NCBI GenBank assembly: GCA_964016885.1
Contig: OZ024743.1
Location: 295,554,001 to 295,618,000 of the forward strand
Direction of reading: 5' to 3'
DNA: 64,000 bases
Source of the DNA: Eledone cirrhosa
Taxonomy: Eukaryota
The notes under the pieces are model-generated. The model searched no databases. It was given only the letters and a program-made list of their open reading frames with translations, and had not been told where the DNA came from. The position numbers and the translations under genes were made by a program. Positions 26,648 to 41,322 of the stretch are shown piece after piece. Position 1 is the stretch's first letter; the number at the start of each line of letters is the position of its first letter.

Positions 26648-28548
26648 TTACTTCTCGTTGAGGAAGGATGGTTTCTCCATCCTTTTCACTGCTTGTGGCC
26701 TCCTCCGGAAGGATGTCCTTATAAATCCTCCTGGAGAGTTTTTGTCGGAAGTCTCCGATGTCTTTGGGGAATTTTTGTTTTAGTGTCGTGTACGTTTTCT
26801 GTGTGATGCGAGTGATTTGTATGTGTGGAGGTGGTGTGAACTTTTGAGTTGTTGTGTAGTCTTTTTCTGTGATGCTTGTGTTGTGTTGGGTGTAGTGTAA
26901 TAATTTAATGCTGTGTAGTGTGTATCGTTTTGGTTGTTTTGTTTTGTTTGCGTTTGTTGTGGGTTTGTTTCTGTTTCGCTTTTTGGTGACTTTTGTGGTG
27001 TTGGTGATGGTGGTGTTTGGGTTAATGATGGTGATGGTATTGGTGTTTGTGGTGATGGGGTTGGTGATGCTGGTGTGGATGGTGGCATATTTGTCCTAAC
27101 TTTTTTGTTTGATAGTTTATTTGTTTCCCTCTGTATTTTGTTTTTGGAGGGGGAAGGAAGAGAATTATTTCATTTTTGGTTTCTTTTTTTCTTTTTTCCT
27201 GATACCGTTTCCCACTCCTCGTCGTCACAATCTGTCTCCAGTTGTGATAGCCTGAGGAGTGGAAAATCCTCCACAGGCGTTGGTTTTGTTTGTGGAGTAG
27301 TGGATGATGTAGGCGCTGGTGCTAGTTCTGGCGCGTTGGGTGGTGGTATTGGTTTTGCTACTGTTGCTGGGGTTGTTGCTGTTACAGTTGCCTCTGTTGT
27401 TGCAGCTACAGTTGTTGCCGCCATCTCTGCTGCTGGTGGTGTTGATGGTTGAGGCACTAGGGTGGGTAAGAGAGGTGGCCTCAACCTTTTAGCCTGAGGG
27501 CAGAAAGCCCTTAGGTGGGTTACTTCACCACAAACGTCACACCTAGGCCTTCTGCCCTCGACGATTACGGTGAGGTGGCTGCCGTCAGTGAGGTCTATTA
27601 CCTCTGGGATCTCCTCAATGCTTTATTGGTCCGCTTGGATCAGGAGCTCCACCCCTCATCCGGGCCAGTTCACCTGCTTTTCTTTCGCTATTTCGATTAT
27701 CTTGGTGTTGGCTTCGATGCCGGCGAGGACAGCAGCTATTAGCCAGGGAATTTCGATGGCCGGTGGAACGTGGATCACCCTGATCTTTACGAGTCTCTGG
27801 CCACAATAGCTTGGGACGAGTGTGAAGTCGTCACTTCTTAATGGGGCCATGGAGTGTTCTCTAGCCTCCTGTGGTGTTTCAAAGAACACGTCCACGTCTG
27901 ATGTGGGGGGTTTTTGGCCCACACATGTCCCAAAGCTTTTTGGATTTGGGACTCGGTGCCCGTTCCACTCGGCGCGATTTTATATTAATTGTTCGATAAG
28001 ACACGGTGCATAGGCGCCGATGGTCCATTTTCTTAGGTGGGGGGTGAAGCTGACCCTGTACCCATCTCTCTTTACCATTTTTGGGGCTTCTTCTAATTCC
28101 TCCCGAGTTACCTGAAATGCTTCGCACTGTTTTGCTACTCTGGCAAGACTCAGGGTGGTTTTCTTAATGTCATTGTTGCTGTTGTTGTTATCGTTATTTT
28201 TGTTATTATTAATTTTAGTTTCAGTTGTGGTGGTGGCGTCAGTGGGGTTCGGTGTGGAAGTGTTCATTTTGGTTGAATTCATTTCGATATCACGAGTTAA
28301 TTTATTTTTTTCTTTTGTTTGTGGTGTCGGGGTGTGGTGGGGTTGGTGGTTGTCGCGGTGGTGGTGGTGGTGGCGGCTTTAACACCTGCTGTGATTGGTA
28401 ATGGCGGGAAATGAATGTCTGCCTGAGACAAATTTAAAATATTGCTACTGCTTATATTTTTAGTGTTGGCAAACGTAGTAATATTTACAATAGTGGTGTC
28501 GGTGTGAGGTGTTAGTTTGTGAGGAAGGAGTGACCCTGAGTCGTCCAT
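26648..28548 (-). pseudogene. Tx1-C1 ORF1, frameshifted
   Basis: Fragments match ORF1 at 48440 (PHKLTPHTDTT, VPSYCGQ, DDEEWETVSGKKK). Confidence 0.88.
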
Positions 28549-28756
28549 GATTTTTCAAAGAAAAATTTTTGTTTGATAATTATAAAAGTATAAATTTTGG
28601 GCTCAAGGCCCCAATCTTTTTAGGTGTCCTTTTCAGATAACAATGTATGTGCACTTATATATAGTTAACAATAAAAAAATTCCCATGAATGGCAATTTTA
28701 AACAACTGAAAATAAAAAAACTTTGCGGAGCTCACGATTTACTACCGTAGGTCGCC

Positions 28757-28786
<30 letters not shown>
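28757..28786 (+). repeat. (TAA)n spacer between Tx1 C1 and D
   Basis: Direct observation. Confidence 0.95.
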
Positions 28787-28788
<2 letters not shown>

Positions 28789-31700
28789 TTTCTTTATTGG
28801 CCACAAGGGCTGACATCAAGAAAAACATTACAGACGGCACAGGACGGTACAGGACGGTACGATGTGGGTTTTGTGCGTGTAAATATTTTTATTATTTACA
28901 TAAGAAAAGAGAAAAAAAGGACATAGAAACATATATATATATAAACAATAAAAATGAAAATTGAAACAATGAAAAATTCCCCAATAGGGGGGAAACCTCC
29001 GAGGTTTACACGTGGCGAAAATCACACAAAAGACCACGGCCACCCTGACCACCAGGGCAAGCGCCCTCTCTCAATTTTTCCATCTCTCAAACTACAGACG
29101 TATATAGAGTGGTCCCGTTCACTCGGACCATTCTCGCTACATGCACACACCTTTCAACAAACTTGCTAGAAAGCAGCACTTGCCTCTCCACCCTGATTTT
29201 CCTCTTCAAATGAAACTTGAAAAGGTTAATTAGGGATTCGCCGAAGAGGAAAGTGTCTGTCTTTAACCCTTTAAACCTTGTCCACCACACAATCTCTTTC
29301 GCCATGGCCACCAGGCAGATGAAAACCGCCTGCCCTTCCTACTCGAAGGAAGACGGCGAGACCATCTGCACAATGGACTCAGTGACAACCGGATCAGTCC
29401 AACACACGACAGCAACTGTTCGACATAGCTCCACAAGTCAGCAATGCTCGGGCACTGAACGAGTGCGTGCACGACGGTTTCGTCGCTCTGCGCGCATCTC
29501 GGAATGGCTCGGCTGACGGCACTTCCGTGCCTGTAGAGCTTATCTCGAACCGGCAGCGCTCCCCGGTAGCACTGCCAGGCCTGGGATTTTGGGAAGTTAT
29601 ACATAGGCCTCGGGCTGAAAGTTCTCCGGCAGAGAGCAAACAGCTGATCTTCTTCGACGCCCAGGATCTCTCCGAGAATGTCGTCGCTATTCCCCTCCAC
29701 TAGTCCTCTATAGAACGCCGAGGTGGATGTTCCACCGATACTGGTGCCCAGCTGGCAGAGGGCAGTGTGTGCCTGGAGACATTCAAGTTTCCAAGCGCTA
29801 TCCCTCGGTCTTTTTCTGACCCAAACTGCAAATCCGTCAAGGAGACGAGCTGTGGGAAAACGTGCCTGGCGAACGGCGACCACACCTGCTCACCATCTAG
29901 GAAGCACCAGAGATGTCGCAGCCTCAGCGCATGTTTGTGCATCATCAGCCATGGCATGCCCAGTCCTCCACGGAACGGATGTTGACAGCAGATGGATCGT
30001 CTGACCATGGGAGCGCGTCCCTTCCACAAAAAGCGGAAGAGGAGGCGCTCCATTTTAGAGAGAGTTGGGCTGGAGCAAGGGACGACGGTGAGGCAGTAGC
30101 AGATGACAGATGCGATGTACGCATTCGCCATCTCAGCCAGGCCTTTCAGGGACAGCTTCTTCTCAGCCCATTTCTCGGTGAACGAGGCCACCCTGCTCGT
30201 CACGTGGTTCAAGTTTTTCTCCATCTGGAGGTCCGGTTCGAACCAGACCCCGAGCAATTTAACCGGTCCGTCCGTCCAACGCCCCACGACGCTGTCGGAC
30301 GACATGGACTTGCCTCTCCAGGTGCCGAGCTGCAAGCCCACCGACTTTTCCTTGTTTATCTTTGCTCCTGTCACCGCTTCCTATTCCTTGAGAGCAGTGC
30401 CGAGCATCTGGACGTGTCTGGTGCTTTACACCACCATGGTGATGTCGTCAGCGTAAGCCGACTCGGATTTCCCGCATCCTAGTTTGCGCCTCATCGCCCC
30501 CAGTTTGTCCAGTAACGGCTCGAGAGCCAATACGTACAAGAGGGACGAGAGGGAACAACCCTGGCGGACTGAGCGCATGATGCTGAACGGCTGCGACAGG
30601 TGACCTATCACCCTCACAACTGAGTAGATGTCGCTGTACATTGCTGCGATCCAACCCCTGAAAACGGGCCCGAAACCGGCTGCCTCGAGGACCACCGCCA
30701 GGTACCGATGGTCGACCCTATCGAATGCTTTGAATTGATCAAAGTTGATCAGCGCCCCACCCTTGCCAGGTTCCTTAATCACCCTCTCTATGATGTATCG
30801 CATGAGGTGGAGGTTGTCGTGTATGGATCTGTCCGCAATTACGCATGTCTGTGCCCCATCCACCAGACCCTTGACGACAAGCGCAAAACTCGTTGCTAAC
30901 ACCTTGGCCAGAATCTTGAACTCTGCGTTTAGTAGGGTTATGGGCCTGAGATTATCGATAACAACCCCCTTGTTCGGGTCTTTTCTCAGCAGCGCCACTG
31001 CTCCCCGGCTCACAAAACTGTAGGAATGCTCCCGTTCTGCTGCCAGTTGCAGTAGACGTCTGCCAAAGGTCAGCGAACAAGTCTGACATAAATGCATAAA
31101 GCTCGTAGGGCAGACCATCCAAACCTGGGGATTTACCCCTTATGCAGTTAGCCATCGCTTCCCGTATTTCACCGGCTGTTATTGGCTTTTCGCAACACTC
31201 TGCTGCGGTTGTCGGGAGCCGAGGCAGTCCGTCGAGGTATGCACTGAGGTCCATGCCCCGATCCGGGCCGCCGCCGCTCCCGAACAGTTCAGCAAAGTGC
31301 TGCTGAAAAGCTTCACACATCCTCTCGGGTTCGAGCACCACGCACCCGTTTTGGGTCAGACAAAGACCGAATTGTGGCTTTGTTGCCACGTCGCGCTCTG
31401 CCACCCGGGCCCATTGGACGGCTTTTGTCCCCTTGTGTTTCAGAGCATGCGTTCTAGCTCTGACAACGCAGCCTTCTTGTTTTGCGTTGAAGAATTGGTC
31501 GAGTGCCAATCTCGCCGCAAGCACGTCGGTTGCGATGCCTGTCCTAAACGCCTCTTCTAGCTTTCTGACTAGCTCTCCCTCTACTCTATTTTCCTCTATC
31601 ACTACTCCTTTACTAAACCTAATCGACTCTACTTTAATTGCCCTTTTCAGGGCGAACCACCACCTGTTGTCGACGATCGCTCCCATCAACGCCCGCTTAA

Positions 31701-34061
31701 CTAATACACTAATCCGGTCTCTGTAGGCTTTGCGCGCCGGGAAAGACGCGTTCAGCTTCCAGTAACCAGGCCCTTGTCTATGAAGTCTAGCTATGTCGAT
31801 CTCACAGATCACAAATTTGTGGTCTGTGTAGTCGACTATTTTAAATTGTGGACAACTTACACTAGTTCTCTGCAGAATACCCTATCGAGATACGATCTGG
31901 ATGACCCGATGCGGTTTGTCCATGTCCACATTGGCACATTCGGGTGATCTAGTCGATACCTGTCAGACAATTCAAAACGTCTCAGCAGGTTGGTGAGGCT
32001 CTTGCACCCTTCTCCCCTATCCACTAGCCCCACACGATCCCAGCGTGCATCCAATATACCGTTCCAGTTGCCCACTAACACTAAAGAGCGGGACGTTCCA
32101 AGAAAGGTCTCTAGACTTCTGAAGAAATCTGGCTGTCCTGCCCCTGTTGGGGTGTAGACGGCTACTAGCCTGAAAGAATTGCCTTCGCTGCCGGTCACGT
32201 CCAGCACCACCGACTTACCTTCTGATTCTAGGAAGATGGCCCGTATCGCGAGATCCAAGCCTCTCCGTAAAAGGACGGCGACCCCTTCCCCCGATCCTGG
32301 ACGGCTGGGAGATGCGTATACATCGTAGCAGCCGAAGATCGGTGCGAAGGCTTGTGCTTCGGAGATTCTGGTTTCACTGATGGCCACCACATCTATGTTT
32401 AGTGACCTGAGGTCGTTGAGCAGGTGACTCTGCTTCCAAGATGACCCCAGGCCACGTGTATTTATACTGCCTATTCTGAGTACGGCCATGTTGGATGAGA
32501 AACGGGGCAAGTGAGAAAGGGTCACTTACCTTATTCGTGTGGTGAAGGGACATTACAACCGTCCTTTTCGATGGTCATGAGTGTTTCCAAGAGGATGTCA
32601 GTGTATATCCTCTTGGTAACCGACCCTCTGAAGTCTCCAACTGCGTTGGGGAATTTTTGTTTTAAAGGTTTGTACTGTTCTATTGAGATTTCAATGATGC
32701 TTATGTTTGTCGGGAGAGTTCTTGGTGTTGGTAGGGTGTAGTAGTTTTTTTCTATGATGTCTGTGTGCTGCTTTATATATTGTATGAGTTCTTTTTTTGA
32801 CATGTTTATGGCTGTGTACTTTTGGGGTGGAGGGGTGATTTTGTTGCTGTTTTCTTCTTGTTGCTGTTTGGTGTGTGTGTGTATTGTTGTGTTTGCGTTG
32901 TTGGTGTCTTTGGTGATGCTGGTGGTGGTGTGGTTGTTGTTGTCAGTGGTGCTTGTGGTGGTGATGGTGGTGGTGTTGCTGCAAGTTTCCTTGCTGCCTT
33001 TACCCCTCTTTGTATGCTTTCGCTTTTGGAGGGTGAATCTAAGGGTTTTTCTCTTTTGTCCTTTTTGTGTTAGACCATTTGCCACTTACTCCCGCTTCAA
33101 TCCATGTCGGATTCTGTGGCGTCTGGGAGGGGTATGTGCTCCACGTCTGTTGGTGGTGGTAGTAGAGCCCTCTTCGGCAATTTTGTTGCTGGTGTAGCTA
33201 CTTCAAATGTAGCTATTAGTATTGCCGCCACTGATGATGCTGCTTTAGTTGTCAGAGGCCTTGGTAGGGTGCTACGGACGTTGCCCTCCTACTCACCGTG
33301 GAAGGGGCTTCTTTGTTTGTTACCTGCCCTGCTCTTGGTAGCAGCGGACCAGGTATTGGAAGGAGAGGGGCTTCTTCGCTGTCTTCTGCGGGCAAAAGGC
33401 CCTGAGGTGACCCTTCGACCCACAGAGATAACATTTTGGCCGTCTTCTTTCTACACTTATAGGGAGTTGGAGTCCTTCCTCGATGTCTATGATATCGGGG
33501 ATAGCGTCGATACATTCCTGGTCAGTTTGTATAAGCATTTGCATGCCTATACCTGACCAGTTCTCTCTCCCCATTTTTTCTACTTGCAGCATGGTCGTCC
33601 TGTTCTCAATTCCAGCAAGGACAGACGCGGCCAGCCAAGGTATGGGAACGTCGGGTGGGACCTGGGTCACTTTAACCCTTACAATTTTCTGCCCGCAGTA
33701 GGAGGGCACCAAGACTATCTCCTCACTCTTTAGGGTTTCCAAAGAGTGAGACTTTGGGTCCTGGGGGGTGGCGAAAAGTACGTCTACTGTGGCGTACTTT
33801 CTGCCTCGGGTGATGTGGGTTTTGCGTGCCCAGACGCACCCCAAGGCCTTTTGGATTTGAGCATCCGTGGCTCTCTCCACTCAATGTGAGATTTTGCTTA
33901 CGGTGCGGTAAGTCACCGTCCGTAGCTGCTGGTCCTTGATAAAATCGGGTGGCGGTTTCAGGGAAACTCTATTTGCGCTTCTTGTCACCATGGCCCTTGC
34001 GACTGCCATCTCCTCCTCTGTGACTAACACTGTCTCGATATTTCGGGCGACACCTGCAAAA

Positions 34062-34062
<1 letters not shown>
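28787..34062 (-). mobile_element. L1/Tx1-clade LINE copy D, 5'-truncated within ORF1
   Basis: Starts at the SFAGVA motif of ORF1, directly after (ATT)n. Contains CYLCGSKGHLRAFC and the full ORF2 motif set. Ends ccaataaagaaatc-(ATT)n. Confidence 0.93.
29087..32489 (-). pseudogene. Tx1-D ORF2 (APE-RT-zinc finger), frameshifted
   Basis: INTRGL, ISET, YLDR, KSPGLDG, FDRVDH, VRQG, AYADD. Confidence 0.9.

Positions 34063-34103
<41 letters not shown>
34063..34103 (+). repeat. (TAA)n between the 5' ends of Tx1-D and Dong-A1 (head-to-head)
   Basis: Direct observation. Confidence 0.95.
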
Positions 34104-37100
34104 GGGAAGAAGAAGCACGAGGTGGTAGAAGGTCATGAAATCGCTCCCGTAAGTTTTGAATTTTTAACATATTTAAATCATTTGTGGAATAACCACTCTT
34201 AATACAAATGCTACGTAAAGCATCCGGCTTGAGCCCAAAAAAAATTCGGACCCAAAATATATTGTTATAAGGCTCAAATATTCAAATATTCAACTTTGTA
34301 TTGTACATTGTATATTCAAAAAAGAAAATGGCTATAAATGGAAGAAGACCCCCCCCCCTCTGTCTACACTATATAGAACAGCCAAACAACACCAATCTCA
34401 CCAACACCAGAGACTAGATACACCACCTACCCCATCACCTCTCTGTGTACACTAATCACAACAGCCAGATAACGGCAATTTCACCACCACCACAACCAAT
34501 CTTAACATAATAAGGATAATAATAAATACTATTATTATTGTCCCAAGTCTTAACAAACTGTTTAATCCCAACATTAAGGGAATTTAGGTCAACACACATA
34601 TACGCGACTAACCCCATAGATTCGCCGAACGGACATCAGTCCTTCATTGCTACCACCGCTACAACAACACCATCACTGCTGCCATCATTACTACCACTAT
34701 CCCACCATCACCGCCGCCACCACTCCTTCATTGCTACCACCGCTACAACACCATCACTACAGTAATACGATCACATCACCACCACCACTGCCTCGGTATC
34801 GACATCACCACCACCTCGGTCTCAGTATCGCTACCGCCGCTACTGTCTCTTATTGCTTCTGCTAGTTGCTTCCACCAAATTATAGAATTCCTACTAAAAA
34901 AGAGGAAGGCATCAAAATATATAGATAGACTCAAAAGAAAAGACAAACATCAAAACCAAAACAGCACAGCAACAACAGCAAAAAAACGAGAAAAACAAAC
35001 AGAGAAAAACAAAAACAAAAAACAAAAAAAAACGTAAAGAAAATAAGAATGAAGAGAGAAACAAGCGGACGGACAGAGAAGAGAAGGGAAAAACTAAGTC
35101 AGACATTCGAACACTACATTACAATGAAACATATGCTTATTCATTTTTGGGTTTTTTTATGCCTGTGTGTTTGTTTGCTTATTTGTGTTCGTCTACAGCG
35201 TGGTGATAATGCCACACAAGTGCCAATGGAACGGCGCAACCACCGGAGACGGTGAATCCACAGATGGCTATGTAACCATACATTCGCCAATCCTCGATAA
35301 GAGTGTTTAAATATCGAACCTAACCAGTTCGAATAACGGTGAAATGGAGACTAGAACGTCATGTGACAGACTCTCACCCAGCAGGTGCTCCCTAGCTCAG
35401 CAGCAGGAACCTGACTGTCAACCAAATACTGCTGGTGTTGGAGGAAGAAAGAGAAGGAAAGGGGCCAGAACCAACTGGACGAAAGAATTGAATAGAACTG
35501 TTATGCAATGTTACCTGAAAAGTAACCGCAAGGTAAGGGGCTATAGGAGACGGATGCATAACATCTGGAACGAGATTGGTCTATTTAAATTAGATGAACA
35601 AAAATTGGCCGGGCAGGCTCGGGTAATAAGAACTAATGGGTGGATAAGCGAGCTGGAACTGGAGGAACAGAGCAGAGAGAATAGCTTGGAGATGGAGGGT
35701 GTAGTATGCCAGACAAACGAGCCAGTGGGAAATGAAGGTGAAGAGGTCAAGAGAACGGAGGAACCACCCGAAGCAGACAATGATCTGAATACTGAGATAA
35801 ATAATACCTGGAACAGAGATACGGCCACTGAGGAGATGAATGTTGACGGGCTAGGACAAGATTCGGTTGACATCCTAAATTTAGTGGTAGATGAATTGAA
35901 CAATGATAGTAGGAGACCTATGAACCTAAGATTTGTAGACAGGAAAAAGTTAAAAGAAACAACAGCTAAGGTAAACAAAGTCATCCCATACCTTGAGGCG
36001 AGGAGCCTTCACCAGTGCAACAATATCCTCAAAGCAACAGCAAATACGGTGAGGAAACTACTTGGTATAAAAGCGAGAGGAAACAACAAACAAGAAAGAT
36101 CAGAGCTCTGGTGGAAGAAACGACTGAGTGGTCAAATCAGGGAAATGAGAAATGACATTGGAAAGCTTGAGTCCCTACTGAATGGGACACTAAAAAACAT
36201 AGACACTAAAAATAGACTGGAAAAAGGAGGAAAAAACTAAATATTATTATATAAAAAAACTAGGAGGAAAAAGCTAAATATTATCATAGAGGAACTGAAG
36301 CAACGCATTGTAGCAAAGAGTCCAAAAATCAGGCGATACGAAAACAGAGTCAGTCAGTATAGACAGAACCGCATGTTTGACAACAACCAGAAGATGCTGT
36401 TTGGACAGCTTGAAGGGAAAGAAAGAGCCAACGACTTGATCCCGGAGGCGGAACAAACTAAGACATTCTGGAGAGGAATATGGGAGCAGGATGTTAAACA
36501 TAATGACCAGGCAGTGTGGATTGAGACAGTACAGAAGGAGATTATTGAACAGGCACACCAACAAACTGATTTGAGTATCACAGTTGAAACTCTTAAGGGG
36601 CAGGCCAAAAAACTAACCAACTGGAAATCACCAGGCCCAGATGGTGTACAGGGGTATTGGATTAAAAATATAACATCCCTCCACCCGAAACTGACAACCA
36701 TGTTCAATGACTGCTTGATGTCAGGTGAGGTACCAGAGTGGTTGAAAAAAGGTACCACAGTTCCGATAATGAAAGACCGAATCAAGGGTAATTATGTTAC
36801 CAACTATAGACCTATCACATGTCTGTCCGTAATGTGGAAACTGTTGACAAGCATTATGTCTCAGGAAATCTACCATCACCTCCACACAAACAACTTGTTA
36901 CCGGACGAACAGAAAGGATGCCGAAAGAAGTCACGTGGTACAAAGGACCAGTTACTTATTGATAAGATGGTAATGAGGAATTGCAAGAGGGGGCACACTG
37001 GTCTTGCCATGGGATGGATAGACTACAAAAAGGCATTTGACATGGTGCCTCATTCTTGGATCACCAAAAGCCTGGAGCTCTTGAAGGTGGCAGATAACAT

Positions 37101-39051
37101 CAGACAGTTGTTGAGCAAAAGTATAAAGTCCTGGGAAACAGAGTTAACATCAACTGGAGAATCCTTGGGAACTGTGAAGATCAAGAGAGGTATCTTCCAG
37201 GGAGATAGCCTGTCCCTTCTGTTGTCCTTGCCCTGATGCCCTTGACCAGTGTACTGCGAAACGGGAGAGCAGGATACAGGTTGGGAAAGGGAGGGCTTAC
37301 CATCAATCACCTCCTCTTCATGGACGATCTTAAACTCTTAGGGAAGAGTGAGAAGGAGTTGGATGTGCTTGTTGACACTGTCCGTATTTTCAGCAATGAT
37401 ATATGTATGCAATTTGGTATTAGTAAGTGTGAAGTCCTTGTGATGAAGAGGGGTAATTTGAGCAGAAGTAACGGAATCCAGGTACCAACGGGTGAGATGA
37501 TAAAGGAAATTGACTCTGAAGAAGGATACAAGTATTTGGGTGTTCTGGAGGCTGATGACATCAAGAACAAAAACATGAAGGAATTGATAAGAACTGAATA
37601 CATTCGGAGAGTAAGGAGCGTATTAAAGTCACATCTGAACAGTAGGAATGCCATATGTGCAGTAAATTCCCGAGCTGTGTCTATTATTAGGTACAGTGCG
37701 GGAATTCTGAGATGCAATGTTGCTGAACAAAAAGAAATGGATAGGAAGACGAGGAAGCTATTGACTATCTACAACATGTTCCACAAGAGGAGTGATGTCG
37801 GTAGACTCTACTTAAGGAGATTTGAAGGTGAAAGAGGTCTTATCAGCATAGAGGACTGTGTTCAGGTGGAGAAAAACAACCTACACAAATACGTGACTGA
37901 TAGTAAGGAGCCAATGCTCAGAACTGTACTGAAGGAGGGGACAATAGACCAGGGGATGTCCAAGGAGGAAATAACATCAAGGAGAAAGAGCAGCCTTCAG
38001 GAAAAATCCCTTCATAGTACCTTCTTTGAGAAAACTGAATTCAGAGATCCACAGGCATGGAACTGGTTGAAAAGAGGAGACCTTAAAAAGTCTACAGAAG
38101 GAATGTTAATGGCTGCGCAGGAGCAGGCCCTCAAAACGAAGTGGTTGAAACACCATATTTACAAGGAGGAGGCTAGCCCACTGTGCAGGATCTGTGGTGA
38201 GAGAGAGGAGACTGTGGCTCACATTGTATCCGAGTGTAAACACCTAGCCCAGACTCACGATAAGGGCTGGAGACATGATGTGATGGGCAGGGTGATCCAC
38301 TAGCACCTATGCAAAGTAAACAATTTACCACATTCTGAGAAGTGGTATGAGCATAAGCCAGAGTCGGTGATAGAAAACGATCAGGTGAAGGTGCTGTGGG
38401 ATTTTAGGATACAGACGGACAAGAAACTGGAACACAATAGACCTGACCTGGTGGTTTTGGACAAAGAAAAAAGATCGTGCCTGAAGGGCTGGAGACATGA
38501 TGTGATGGGCAGGGTGATCCACTGGCACCTATGCAAAGTAAACAATTTACCACATTCTGAGAAGTGGTATGAGCATAAGCCAGAGGCGGTGATAGAAAAC
38601 GATCAGGTGAAGGTGCTGTGGGATTTTAGGATACAGGCGGACAAGAAACTGGAACACAATAGACCTGACCTGGTGGTTTTGGACAAAGAAAAAAGATCGT
38701 GCCTGATTGTGGATGTGGCCTGCCCATTCGACACGAGAGTGCAAGAGAAGGAGAGGGAGAAAATTAACCGATACCAGGACTTAAAGTGGGAGGTAAAAAG
38801 GATTTGGAACTGCCATGAAGTCAAAGTGATCCCGACTGTCATAGGCGCACTAGGGACTATCTCAAAAAGTTTCCAGGGATGTTTAAAGAAAATTGGCCCC
38901 TTCACGCTTTTTGGAACGCTTCAAAAGGCATGCTTGCTGGGAACAGCAAGAACCCTCCGATACGTCCTGAATATCTGAGGCTGCAGGTAGTGGCTTGATA
39001 TTCATTTCAACAAACTTTCCAGTTAACTAACATCAATGACTGAGACTCAAA

Positions 39052-39052
<1 letters not shown>
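34104..39052 (+). mobile_element. R4/Dong-clade RLE retrotransposon copy A1, full length, disrupted
   Basis: About 1.24 kb 5'UTR and a single ORF with RT, CCHC and PD-(D/E)xK nuclease. Flanked by (TAA)n on both sides. The 5' end gggaagaaga matches the second copy. Confidence 0.93.
35344..38978 (+). pseudogene. Dong-A1 polyprotein (RT, CCHC, restriction-like endonuclease), frameshifted
   Basis: [72 protein letters not shown]...IVDVACP, EKINRYQDL. Confidence 0.93.
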
Positions 39053-39086
<34 letters not shown>

Positions 39087-39104
39087 GTAACAATAATAAT
39101 AATA
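39053..39104 (+). repeat. (TAA)n downstream of Dong-A1
   Basis: Direct observation. Confidence 0.95.
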
Positions 39105-39254
39105 AGAAGAAGAAGTAGTAGTTGTGAAACATTATCACGGTTAAATACACATTTCACATTAAATTGTCAAACATGTAAATGTAGAACGAATTGATAACTT
39201 ACACAATGTATTTCTTTATAAAAATCGAAATAACATTATTACAATTATCATTAT

Positions 39255-40830
<1,576 letters not shown>

Positions 40831-40948
40831 CTCCATGTATACATTATTATTCATCTATCAATATATAAATTCATTACGCCATCGTCAATCCGTTCGTGTG
40901 TCTATTAACGTGTCTGAGCATGCGTATGTGTTTTGCTTTATCTTAAAT

Positions 40949-41260
40949 TGGCGCTGGCTTTGGGGTTAGGTTATTCGGCTCACAATGTTAATGTCGTGAG
41001 TTCGATTAAGGCAGCGCGTTGTGTCCTTCTGCAATACAGCTTATTTCACGTTGCTCCAGTCCACTCAGCTGGCAAAAATGAGTTCTATCTGTAATTCGCT
41101 GGGTTGGGTTTATCACTGTCTGTGCTAATCTGAATCTCCATGAGATCTACGTTAAGTGTATGGAATGCTCAGTCACTTGCACGTTAATTTCACGACCAGG
41201 CTGTTCCAGTGATCGGATCTACTGAAACACTCGTTGTCGTAAACAACGGAGTGCCTCCAT
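40949..41260 (+). mobile_element. tRNA-derived SINE with CORE-like domain
   Basis: gagttcgatt B-box, then gttgtgtcctt..ttatttcacgttgctccagtccactcagctggcaaaaatgagt. Confidence 0.7.
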
Positions 41261-41322
41261 TCAATTGATAATGGGAATACATATACATATTATCACTATC
41301 ATTATTATTATATTCAAGGGAG

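Larger units (their letters stand above)
23038..28756 (-). mobile_element. L1/Tx1-clade LINE copy C1, full length, disrupted
   Basis: Closely similar to the reverse complement of 48231-54124. 5' end ggcgacctac. Flanked by TAA runs on both sides. Confidence 0.94.

Noticed and set aside
17194-39104. TAA runs as telomeric repeats or as CRISPR-like repeat/spacer units
   Set aside because: They are not TTAGGG/TTAGG, the intervening units are multi-kb LINEs, and the context is eukaryotic with no cas genes.
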